A DNA stretch of 64,000 nt from NCBI GenBank assembly GCA_963666345.1, contig OY762721.1, positions 1,760,001 to 1,824,000 on the forward strand, written 5' to 3'. Positions within the stretch are counted from its first letter, which is position 1; every line of letters starts with the position of its first letter. This document shows positions 1-8,618 of the stretch, piece by piece. A model generated the notes under the pieces. It ran no database searches, was not told the origin of the DNA, and saw nothing but the letters and a program-made list of their open reading frames with translations. The stretch comes from Desulfatiglandales bacterium. Lineage in GTDB: Bacteria; Desulfobacterota; DSM-4660; Desulfatiglandales; Desulfatiglandaceae. Made by a program: the position numbers and the translations under genes.

Positions 1-731
1 TCAGCCCTCAGTGCCCTTATCCAGTTTATGAGCTCTCTTGTGGCGGGCTTTTTTTCAAGTCCCCTGAAGTCCCGCATCCGGTAAAAGGCCCTTATGGAGC
101 TTTCAAGCAGGTCACTGCTTATTTCGGGGAAATGCACATTTATTATCCTTCTCATCATCTCCTGATCGGGAAAAGCGATATGATGGAAATTACACCGCCC
201 CAGAAACGGATCTGAAAGGTCCTTTTTGGCGTTGGAGGTGATAATTATCACAGGCCGGTTTTTGGCCTTGATCGTCTTGTCGATCTCTATGATATCAAAC
301 TCCATCTGATCCAGCACATCAAGCATGTCATCCTGAAAATCCGTGTCCGCCTTGTCGATCTCATCTATCAGAAGCACGACCCGGTCATCTGACACAAAGG
401 ACTGCCCGATCTTGCCCATCTTGATGTATTCCTCGATATTGCTCACATCCCTTGTTGAATCGCTGAACCGGCTGTCATTCAACCTGGTAAGGGTGTCGTA
501 CTGGTACAGGGTCTCAACGAGTTTCATGCTCGATTTTACATTAAGCACGATGAGCCTCATATTGAGGGCCTCTGATATGGCATGGGCCAGCATTGTCTTT
601 CCTGTGCCCGGCTCACCCTTGAGAAGCAGCGGCATCTCAAGGGCCATGGAGATGTTTACTATCCTTGCAAGTTCATCATCCAGCACATATCTGGACGCCC
701 CGTTAAAGGTCTCCTTAGATGCATTATCCAT
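1..731 (-). CDS. MoxR-family AAA+ ATPase (3' end runs off window)
   Basis: Manual translation from ATG 731: MDNASKETF...LLLKGEPGTGKT (Walker A)...VLLIDEIDKAD (Walker B)...IIITSN. Not in the ORF track because the stop is outside the window. Confidence 0.9.
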   Translation of the reverse strand, partial: MDNASKETFNGASRYVLDDELARIVNISMALEMPLLLKGEPGTGKTMLAHAISEALNMRLIVLNVKSSMKLVETLYQYDTLTRLNDSRFSDSTRDVSNIEEYIKMGKIGQSFVSDDRVVLLIDEIDKADTDFQDDMLDVLDQMEFDIIEIDKTIKAKNRPVIIITSNAKKDLSDPFLGRCNFHHIAFPDQEMMRRIINVHFPEISSDLLESSIRAFYRMRDFRGLEKKPATRELINWIRALRA

Positions 732-980
732 ACTGATTCATGCTCCTTTTTCCGCTTATGCAGTCCTGTTTTAAAAGCCATTTATCTATCACGATGCTGT
801 CTGAAGGAAATTTACCATAAATGATTGCGGCTTTCATGTCAAACAAGGGCGAGAAAAGCTCAAAAACCGGGAACCCGCCCCGAGCCGCACGGACGCGCAT
901 TGTTATTGGTTACTCGTTACTGGTTATTGGGAAAAACGCACCCACAGGCCCATTTCTATATACCTCTGCCTGTGCCGGCA

Positions 981-1182
981 CACAAGCGGAGGCGCAGGGA
1001 CTCTTTTTCCGGCCTTATCTCATCAAAAATACCACAGAAAGTACCAGTGGCCGCAGACAGGGCTTTCTTAACCGGTGCCCTATCAGCTAAGGTAACATTT
1101 GCAAAAGCCCGGGGATGCGGTCACTTTTCCGTAAGAAATAGAGAAGGACGGGTAAAAGGGTGCCTGTGCCGTAGCGACAGCC
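981..1182. repeat. ~200-bp rod-folding repeat, copy A (tandem with copy B)
   Basis: Differs from 1298-1500 at only ~4 positions; diverged copy at 59741-59932; nested imperfect inverted repeats. Confidence 0.9.
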
Positions 1183-1297
1183 AGCCGGACGCGGATCGTT
1201 ACTCGTTACTGGTTCTTCGTTACTGGTTACTGGTTACTGGTTGCTGGGGAAAAAGCAAGACCCCTGCCCATTCTCTCATGCCTTTGTTTGCTCAACG

Positions 1298-1500
1298 CAC
1301 AAGCGGAGGCGCAGGGGCTCTTTTTTCCGGCCTTATCTCATCAAGAATACCACAGAAAGTACCAGTGGCCGCAGACAGGGCTTTCTTAACCGGTGCCCTA
1401 TCAGCTAAGGTAACATTTGCAAAAGCCCGGGGATGCGGTCACTTTTCCGTAACAAATAGAGAAGGACGGGTAAAAGGGTGCCTGTGCCGTAGCGACAGCC
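1298..1500. repeat. ~200-bp rod-folding repeat, copy B
   Basis: Near-identical to 981-1182. Confidence 0.9.
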
Positions 1501-1687
1501 GGATAGACGGGAATGGTTATAACCAGGCGAGAAAAGCGGGAAACGCGGAAAATGCGAGAAGCACCTCCCCCGCTTGAACCCTTGGATCCTCGAATCCTTG
1601 ACCCCTCCGATCCCCGCCCCCTTGAACCCTTCCCCTGATAAATGCTATAAGCCCCCATAAACCCATAACCTTTCCAGGAGGTGCTTC

Positions 1688-2275
1688 ATGCCGCTCGCCT
1701 TTGAATCGATAAGCCACGGAACCATTGCCTTCGGTTTTTTCAATATAGACTCGGACATGCTTCTGCTGGATCGCTACTTTTTCTTTGCCCCTGAATTCTG
1801 CCGCTCCGTATCTGCCTTAAACAGGAACAAGGAGGCAGGGAGCCCGGTCCTGATAAAGGGCTTTTTTATTGAAAAGGCCGCGGATATCGGCGACCTCATG
1901 GGGGCCATTCACGGCGTAAGATTCGCCGGGTTTATAGGGGAGGCCTACAAAAGGTTCCCCTTTCCTGAAAGGCCGGAGGATTTCAAACAGAAGCCTGAAG
2001 GCGCTCGGAACAGGCAGGTCATGGAAGAGATTATAAAAAGGTATTCAGACCAGCTCGACATACCGCTTTCGGCAGGGGATGAAGAAACCGCGCGTATTAT
2101 ATCGGCAGGCATCTACAGGTTCACGAAACAGCAGTTTCAGGAGTTGCTGAGATACGTCTGGCGCGGAGGCTACCCTCGCTGGAAGGGGGGAGTCAGGCCC
2201 GATTACGTGACCGGCATGAAAAAGGATCTTGATTCATCTGACGCGGGGTTATTTACGGTAACCGACTGGGGTTGA
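1688..2275 (+). CDS. hypothetical protein
   Basis: 195-aa ORF with AGGAGG RBS upstream; no family recognised. Confidence 0.75.
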   Translation: MPLAFESISHGTIAFGFFNIDSDMLLLDRYFFFAPEFCRSVSALNRNKEAGSPVLIKGFFIEKAADIGDLMGAIHGVRFAGFIGEAYKRFPFPERPEDFKQKPEGARNRQVMEEIIKRYSDQLDIPLSAGDEETARIISAGIYRFTKQQFQELLRYVWRGGYPRWKGGVRPDYVTGMKKDLDSSDAGLFTVTDWG

Positions 2276-2315
2276 TCTTTTTTGAGGGTATCACCGCCTG
2301 AAGGCTTAATAGATG

Positions 2316-2582
2316 CTAGTTGAGGATAAAGCCGAGTGAGAATTCCTCCCATTCATAATCGTCATCTTCAAAATCAGTGCTGTCATCGACATATAAAATC
2401 TTGCCGAAATACTCTTCCTTTACCTCGAATTCGCCGTCATCGGAAGGCTCGAGAAGAACGCCGCAGCAGTCCGGGCATGCCGGTCCGTGAATCTCTTCTC
2501 CCTCGAAAAAACATGGAATCCAGTCGCTTTCAAGCGCCTCGACAACAGATTCGATTTCCACACCGCATATTACACATTTCAT
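2316..2582 (-). CDS. small acidic putative metal-binding protein (CxxC...CxxC)
   Basis: MKCVICG...ACPDCC with a very acidic C-terminus. Confidence 0.7.
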   Translation of the reverse strand: MKCVICGVEIESVVEALESDWIPCFFEGEEIHGPACPDCCGVLLEPSDDGEFEVKEEYFGKILYVDDSTDFEDDDYEWEEFSLGFILN

Positions 2583-2798
2583 ATATTATTATTCCCCTAG
2601 ATTTGCTTTGTAGGTAATACGGGAAAAACATCAACAAGACAAGAAGAAAATAACGCGGCGGATAGAGAAATCAACCTCCGGACATAGATAAAAATCGGTA
2701 ATGGACGGGCACCCCAAAATCTGACCGGATAAAAGAAGCGGCAGCAGGCGGAAAAACCACGCCTGCCGCCGCATGAATAAAGATAAATCATACCCGCT

Positions 2799-2950
2799 GC
2801 CCATCCGGAAATGGATCATTTCCGGATGTTGCCTTCAGCCGTCAGCCATCAGCCACTAGCCAACAAATTGATATATCAAGCGTTTTACTGACTGCTGAGA
2901 GCTGATTGCTGATAGCGTGAGTCCATAAATCTTGATTTATGGATGAGCAC
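2799..2950. repeat. MITE-like family X (CATCCGGAAAT / TCCATAAATCTTGATTTATGGA palindromic ends, internal inverted heptamers)
   Basis: Related copies at 10538-10640, 17432-17551 and 55299-55445. Confidence 0.8.
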
Positions 2951-2954
2951 CAAT

Positions 2955-3100
2955 AAGTTTCCGGACCGGAAACAAGGAGTTTTGGCCAAGATCAAGGAAA
3001 TCAAGCAATTGCGCGGAGATGTGCATATGGTACATCGCACAAGCAATTGCGCAGGTTGACGCAGATATTGGCCAAAAGGGCCATTTCCGGATGGAAACTA
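2955..3100. repeat. palindromic MITE-like element Y
   Basis: Imperfect terminal IR AGTTTCC..CCGGAAA / TTTCCGGATGGAAACT; nested IRs TTTTGGCCAA/TTGGCCAAAA; GCAATTGCGC occurs twice. Confidence 0.65.
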
Positions 3101-3101
3101 T

Positions 3102-3626
3102 TTACAGGTTCTTCTTCTCAAACACATAAAAAAGAACCATGTATATCACCCCCACAGGTATAATCACCACCCAGGCATTTAACCCCAGGATGCCGGGAAG
3201 GGTTATCTTGCCCAAACTCCCCCACTTAAGTATGGATACCTTCATCAGAGGGTAGATCTCGGCATAGAGCGCGGCCCCGACGATCATTCCCAAAAGGCCG
3301 AAAACTGCGTCCCACCTGCCCTCTCCCAGTGCCCCCGCGGCGGTCCCCGGGCAGTATCCGAGGATGGCCCAGCCGATCCCGAAGATTATTCCGCCGATGA
3401 CATTGGCGCCTATGCCGGTGGATTTAATACTGAGGGTCACGACCCCTATGTCTCTCAGCACATACACACCCAGCATGGCCACGAGAATGGCCGAGAGCAT
3501 GAATTTTACTATCGTGAAATCGATAAGCCTTAAGGCACCGAGCTGCCTGTCATACCTTAGGACCTGCCCTTTTTGCAGAAGAAAGCCGAATATGACGCCT
3601 GTAACCAGGCCGTAGATCAGTTGCAT
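3102..3626 (-). CDS. YeeE/YedE (thiosulfate/sulfur transporter) family half-protein
   Basis: GGIIFGIGWAILGYCPGT motif; hydrophobic; start MQLIYGL right after the upstream paralog. Confidence 0.9.
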   Translation of the reverse strand: MQLIYGLVTGVIFGFLLQKGQVLRYDRQLGALRLIDFTIVKFMLSAILVAMLGVYVLRDIGVVTLSIKSTGIGANVIGGIIFGIGWAILGYCPGTAAGALGEGRWDAVFGLLGMIVGAALYAEIYPLMKVSILKWGSLGKITLPGILGLNAWVVIIPVGVIYMVLFYVFEKKNL

Positions 3627-3628
3627 GG

Positions 3629-4147
3629 CTATTCTCCTTTCCCGTAGATGAGCCGGGCCACTATAATACCCGCTCCGAAAAAGAAGATCAGCGACAGGTA
3701 CCCGCTGATCGACATCTGCGCAAGCCCGCTCAGGCCGTGCCCGCTGGGACAACCTCCGGCAAGCCTTGCGCCAAGGATGGCTATGACACCTCCGGCAAAG
3801 GCGGCTGTGAACCTCTTTGACCTTTTTGCGCCGAAGCGCTTCTCCCACATTGGAGGCACCGCAGTTGACTTGAAATCCCCCGAGAGCTTTGAGGACCAGA
3901 GCGCCCCCAGGACGATCCCTACCACCAGCATCATCTGCCAGTCTATCCTCACCTTTTTGCTCGCGAAATATTTATTCCCGGCAACGTGCTCTGCGGCAAC
4001 ACTCCTCTCTATCAGCCCCGCCGCCCTCACAAATGTCGTTGAGGCACCCAGGTACTTACCCACAAAAAGCACGGAAAGGCATAGCAGGAGACCTGTCAGG
4101 GCACCCGCCGCGTAAGGAGACCAGCTCTTTCGTCTGAAAACCCCCAT
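3629..4147 (-). CDS. YeeE/YedE family half-protein
   Basis: WSPYAAG and GARLAGGCPSGHGLSG motifs; AGGAGG RBS. Confidence 0.9.
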   Translation of the reverse strand: MGVFRRKSWSPYAAGALTGLLLCLSVLFVGKYLGASTTFVRAAGLIERSVAAEHVAGNKYFASKKVRIDWQMMLVVGIVLGALWSSKLSGDFKSTAVPPMWEKRFGAKRSKRFTAAFAGGVIAILGARLAGGCPSGHGLSGLAQMSISGYLSLIFFFGAGIIVARLIYGKGE

Positions 4148-4555
4148 TTAGAACCTCCTTTCAACATGATGAAAATTAGACCCTTTTAATTCATAAATTA
4201 ATACTTCGCGTAAGAATACCACTATCCGCTTAAATAGACAACAGGCAGGGGATCCGGTTTTTGTCCGGTTTGATTGCTCATGAATATGAAGCGATGCAGG
4301 ACAGACTTGAACTTCTAACAGATGTTCAGTTATCCCTTAATCAGCTCGAAAACGGGGAAGGAATGGCGCATGAAGATGCAAAAGAAAGGGTCTTGAAGCG
4401 GGTCAAAAAGAAGATTGAGGAATGAAGTATACTCCGAGGCGGGACGGTTGGACTTTTTACGAGACCGTTAAATTTTCGTTCATCGCTGCTTCTAATGTAT
4501 ATTTTAATGTACTTTAAATAAACATTTGTATTAAATTGGTTATAGAAATCTTTTA

Positions 4556-4730
4556 TGCTTGACATAACACCCTGTTTCGTTAAGGTACTTCACATATCAT
4601 CGCTTCAAACAGCCTTCTTTTCCAAAAAGGCGCACTGACCATTACACTTCACCTGGAAATCGACCTCTCCTCCTGACAGAAGCTATCTTCTCCGTTTGAA
4701 GCGCTTGCAGTGATTCATATATTTTCAGAT
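4556..4730 (+). promoter_or_regulatory. sigma70-like promoter plus conserved leader, copy 1
   Basis: TTGACA at 4559-4564, 16-nt spacer, TAAGGT; alignable with 11032-11211. Confidence 0.6.
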
Positions 4731-4904
4731 ATCTGTTTTTGCTCCCAGGCTGACCGGGAAATCAAACGGGCTTTCAGCCTCTTTCCTGCTCACATAGACA
4801 CCTAACTATTGTTGACGAAAAGACAGGACACCTTAAACGGATATATCTCGCTACGCCACCTTCTACCCGTAAACACGCCCTATCGCAGAAAGGAACATTC
4901 TAAA

Positions 4905-6239
4905 ATGGAAAAAAGCCTGTTTTTGCCTCTTAAAAAGGAAAACCTTACCACCCTGGGGATTTATCATAATTTCAAGAATGGACTGGTCGCCTTTCGGGCC
5001 GCAAGGGAGTGGGACAAGCAGACAGACTGGTCCCGATACAACAGGGATTTTACCTTTGAACACCCGCTTACCATTGATACCGCCTTTCTCGGTCACAATG
5101 AAACCCTGGACCTGTTCAAGAAACACGACCTTGAAGACTACCTGGAAGAGGTGGTGGAGCTGATCAGGAAAGGGAAACACCAGGGCATCGAATGCCTTTT
5201 TGACCGGGATCAGGACATACACTTTATAAGCAACATGCACAGCAACACACTGGGCATCAATAACGGCTATCATGCCGTCAGAAGCGGCGGGATCAGGCGT
5301 CACGATCCGGCCGGCCGCGAACTTGACGTAATCATAGACGGACTCAATCTGAGCCGGGCCATGTCCTTTAAAAATGCCGGCGCCCGGATTCCTTTCGGAG
5401 GAAGCAAGATAACGGTCCAGTGTGAACCTGTTGACCTGGAAGATAACCGCTGCATCGGTTTTCTCGCATACGCCCTGGCAAGGACCCGCTCTTTTACCGG
5501 TCCCGACATGGGCTTTTCGCCTCAACTGGCCGATGTCATGAGAAGCAGGGGATATTCGCTCAATATTGCGGGCGGCTTTGACAGCAGGGTCGGCCCTACC
5601 GGAGGCCCCACCGCCTACGGCATCTATCTGGCATTAAAGGAGGCTGCGGCATTTAAGTATGGAGCAGGCGGCCTGGCAGGTAAAACCATCGTGGTGCAGG
5701 GCGTGGGAGCCGTCGGCTATCCCCTGGTGGACGAGTATCTCAGCAAAGAGGATGTCGTAATCCATATCACCGACATTTCACAAGATCCGGTGGAAAAGCT
5801 TACGGCCCGATTTCCTGACCGTGTAAAAAAGATAGACCCGGAAGATGTGCTCACCACTGAAGCGGACATCTTTGCCCCCTGCGCAATGGGGGGCATCCTG
5901 GATGAGGCGGCAATCAGCTCGGTCAGGTTTTCGATTATACTGGGGGCCGCCAACAACCAGCTCAAGGCCTCAAGCCAGGAAGAAGAGGTGAAACTCGCAA
6001 GGCTCCTTCAGGAGAAGGGGATTCTTTTTCAGGTGGACTGGATGCACAATACAGGCGGGGTCATTGCGGGGATGGAAGAATATATACACAGGGAAAAGGC
6101 CAGCATGGAAAATATCAGGGACCATACCGAAAAGGTCTGCAGGCACGGAACCCGCAGGAATCTTGAAACCGCAAAGGCGGAAGGGATCACCCCCACGGAG
6201 ATGGCCTACAGATACTACAGTTCGAAGATCTATCAATAA
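4905..6239 (+). CDS. Glu/Leu/Phe/Val dehydrogenase family protein
   Basis: GGIRR, LSRAMSFKNA, GGSK, GPDMG, VQGVGAVG, DIFAPCAMGG and GAANNQL motifs. Confidence 0.92.
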   Translation: MEKSLFLPLKKENLTTLGIYHNFKNGLVAFRAAREWDKQTDWSRYNRDFTFEHPLTIDTAFLGHNETLDLFKKHDLEDYLEEVVELIRKGKHQGIECLFDRDQDIHFISNMHSNTLGINNGYHAVRSGGIRRHDPAGRELDVIIDGLNLSRAMSFKNAGARIPFGGSKITVQCEPVDLEDNRCIGFLAYALARTRSFTGPDMGFSPQLADVMRSRGYSLNIAGGFDSRVGPTGGPTAYGIYLALKEAAAFKYGAGGLAGKTIVVQGVGAVGYPLVDEYLSKEDVVIHITDISQDPVEKLTARFPDRVKKIDPEDVLTTEADIFAPCAMGGILDEAAISSVRFSIILGAANNQLKASSQEEEVKLARLLQEKGILFQVDWMHNTGGVIAGMEEYIHREKASMENIRDHTEKVCRHGTRRNLETAKAEGITPTEMAYRYYSSKIYQ

Positions 6240-6411
6240 CGTGTCTGTATGACATGCGGCTGCCGGGTGCCGGCCGCTCTATCATGTAATGAGGGGAAGG
6301 GAATGGTTTTGTGAACTTATGCCCATCTGAAAATGAATTCTGGGCACAAGTTATTTTCCAGACCGGAATGGATGGAAACAAATAAACCCTATGGAAAAAG
6401 GAGGTAACATC

Positions 6412-7407
6412 ATGAAAAGGATAACATTTTTGCTGATGCTTTTATTGGCCCTGGGACTTGTTTTCGGTTCCACGCTTTCAGCCAAGATGATTCGAATCGG
6501 TGAGGCGCAGATTGTGGCCCATCCGGCCCTTGACAACGATTCCAAAGGGTTTGCGGCGGCCCTTGCCGAAGAAGGCTTCATAGAGGGCGAAAACATCACC
6601 ATCGACCGGCAGAACGCACAGGGCGACCAGCCCACCTGCGCGATTATAGCCAGAAAATTCGAAGACGACAGGGTTGCTCTGGTTCACGCCATCAGCACGC
6701 CCAATGCCCAGGCCCAGGTAAAGATAAGCAAGACCATACCGATTGTGTTTTCTTCGGTTACAGACCCTGTGAAGACAGGCATCGTACCCAAAATGGGCGA
6801 AACCGGAACCACAGTAACAGGTGTAAGCGACAGGTGGCCCATCACCCTGCAGTGCAGTATGTACCAGGATCTGGTTCCGGGAACCAAAAGATGGGGCACG
6901 ATCTATAACCCGGGGGACGTAAATGTCACCTTTCACATCAAGGAGATGAAAAAGGCGGTAGAGGATATGGGCGGAAAGCTTATCGAGGCGCATGTCTCCA
7001 CCAGCGCCGAAGTAATGCAGGCCATGCAGAGCCTGGTCGGCCGGGTGGACGCCATCCATATCACCTCGGACAACACATGTGTTTCCGCGTTTGAATCCAT
7101 TGTCAAGGTCTGCAACGCAAACGATATCGCCCTGTTTGCGGGTGACCGGGACTCCACCCCCAGGGGAGCGGTTGCAGCCTACGGACCCGACTACTTTCTG
7201 ATCGGATACACTGCCGGCAAAAAGGCGGCAAGGATACTAAAAGGCGAAGATCCGGGCAAGATCCCTGCCGGACTTGCATCGGAATACAGTCTCTGGGTCA
7301 GTCTTCAAAATGCCAAGGCACAGGGAGTAAAGCTCCCCGAAACACTGGTAAAAAAGGCGGCGGACAAGTTGTGGGATGAAAACGGAAACGTGATAAAGGG
7401 TAAGTAA
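6412..7407 (+). CDS. ABC transporter substrate-binding protein (ABC_sub_bind / TrpX-like)
   Basis: Signal peptide; QIVAHPALD, NAQGD, IPIVFSSVTDPV and TGVSD motifs. Confidence 0.92.
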   Translation: MKRITFLLMLLLALGLVFGSTLSAKMIRIGEAQIVAHPALDNDSKGFAAALAEEGFIEGENITIDRQNAQGDQPTCAIIARKFEDDRVALVHAISTPNAQAQVKISKTIPIVFSSVTDPVKTGIVPKMGETGTTVTGVSDRWPITLQCSMYQDLVPGTKRWGTIYNPGDVNVTFHIKEMKKAVEDMGGKLIEAHVSTSAEVMQAMQSLVGRVDAIHITSDNTCVSAFESIVKVCNANDIALFAGDRDSTPRGAVAAYGPDYFLIGYTAGKKAARILKGEDPGKIPAGLASEYSLWVSLQNAKAQGVKLPETLVKKAADKLWDENGNVIKGK

Positions 7408-7411
7408 ATAT

Positions 7412-7642
7412 GGATCATCTCCAAAAGAGTTGATCCAAAAGGAGGATTCCAGGGGTCTAGGGGTCTAGGGGTCGAGTGAAATGCTTAAAGCGATGATCAA
7501 ATCCCTGGAAAGCAAACCCCCGAATCCTTGAAACCGGGAACCCGCTGCGAAGCAGTGGGACTGAGCGAAGCGTAAGCGAAGCAAAGAATCCTTGAATCCT
7601 TGAATCCTTGGACCCTTTCTCCCAAATAATTGGGAGAAGAAC
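7412..7642 (+). mobile_element. miniature element derived from a four-helix-bundle gene cassette (short class)
   Basis: Inverted copy at 12582-12794; imperfect TIRs; octamer repeats flank mini-ORF MLKAMIKSLESKPPNP* (7481-7531). Confidence 0.7.
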
Positions 7643-7702
7643 TTTAGTTATTATCAGGGGGAGGTTATCCCTTACTCCCCTATATCAAAAGATGGTGAAC
7701 AG

Positions 7703-8605
7703 ATGATATCGTTCGGTTTATTAAGGACTATTCCCATATCCCTTGAACAGGGCCTCGCATACGGGCTAGTGGCGCTCGGGATCGTCATCACTTTCCGGAT
7801 CCTTGCATTCCCGGACCTTACCGTTGACGGAAGCTTCCCACTGGGCGCGGCGGTCGTCTCCCGCCTCATCATGGAGGGGGTCTCTCCCATCTACGGTATC
7901 ATTATGGCTGTTCTCTGCGGGTTTCTGGCCGGTTGCTGCACCGGGTTTTTAAATACGAAGCTCAAGATCAACAGCCTTCTGGCAGGAATCCTTATGATGA
8001 CCATGCTCTATTCGGTGAACCTGCGCATAATGGGAAGATCAAACATTCAGCTTCTTACGGTGAACACGATTTTAACCCCGCTGGAAAACCTCGATGTCAA
8101 CAGGTTTATCCCTATCATCACCTTCTTCTTTATTACCGTATTTGCCGTAAAATTCCTTACGGACATGTTCTTTAATACCCAGCTGGGCTTTGCCATGCGG
8201 GCCACAGGCGATAACGAGCAGATGATACGCACCCTCGGGGTGAACACCGACCATATGACCATCCTGGGGATCGGGATCTCAAACGCGTTTGTGGCTCTGT
8301 CAGGCGCGCTTGTGGCCCAGGATCAGGGTTTCTCGGATGTGGGCATGGGGATCGGGATGATCGTTGCGGGCCTTGCCTCCATAATAATCGGCGAGGCCCT
8401 GTTCGGCAAAAGGACGGTACGGAGGATGACCCTGGCGGCCATTGTAGGGTCCATCATGTACAAGCTTATAATTTCGCTTGGGCTCAGGCTGGGACTGGCC
8501 CCCACTGATCTGAAGATGGCTACCGGCGTAATGGTGATTCTGGCACTCGGCATCCCCGCCCTGAAAAAGGAAAAGGAAGGCAAACTCCACCTGAGGGGGG
8601 TTTAG
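7703..8605 (+). CDS. ABC transporter permease
   Basis: PDLTVDGSFPLG, INSLLAGIL and RATGDN motifs; multiple TM segments. Confidence 0.93.
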   Translation: MISFGLLRTIPISLEQGLAYGLVALGIVITFRILAFPDLTVDGSFPLGAAVVSRLIMEGVSPIYGIIMAVLCGFLAGCCTGFLNTKLKINSLLAGILMMTMLYSVNLRIMGRSNIQLLTVNTILTPLENLDVNRFIPIITFFFITVFAVKFLTDMFFNTQLGFAMRATGDNEQMIRTLGVNTDHMTILGIGISNAFVALSGALVAQDQGFSDVGMGIGMIVAGLASIIIGEALFGKRTVRRMTLAAIVGSIMYKLIISLGLRLGLAPTDLKMATGVMVILALGIPALKKEKEGKLHLRGV

Positions 8606-8618
8606 GAAAAAAAGGACA

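Noticed and set aside
343..774. Antisense or shadow ORFs (e.g. 343-774, 13423-14103, 55828-56625)
   Set aside because: They overlap well-supported genes on the opposite strand and show no motifs.
981..1182. Hammerhead ribozyme in the rod element
   Set aside because: The minus-strand CTGATAG does not match the CUGANGA core.
825..1577. 250-aa ORF with an internal duplication
   Set aside because: It is a translation of the tandem non-coding repeat and heptamer runs (LLVTRYWLL); no protein-like features.
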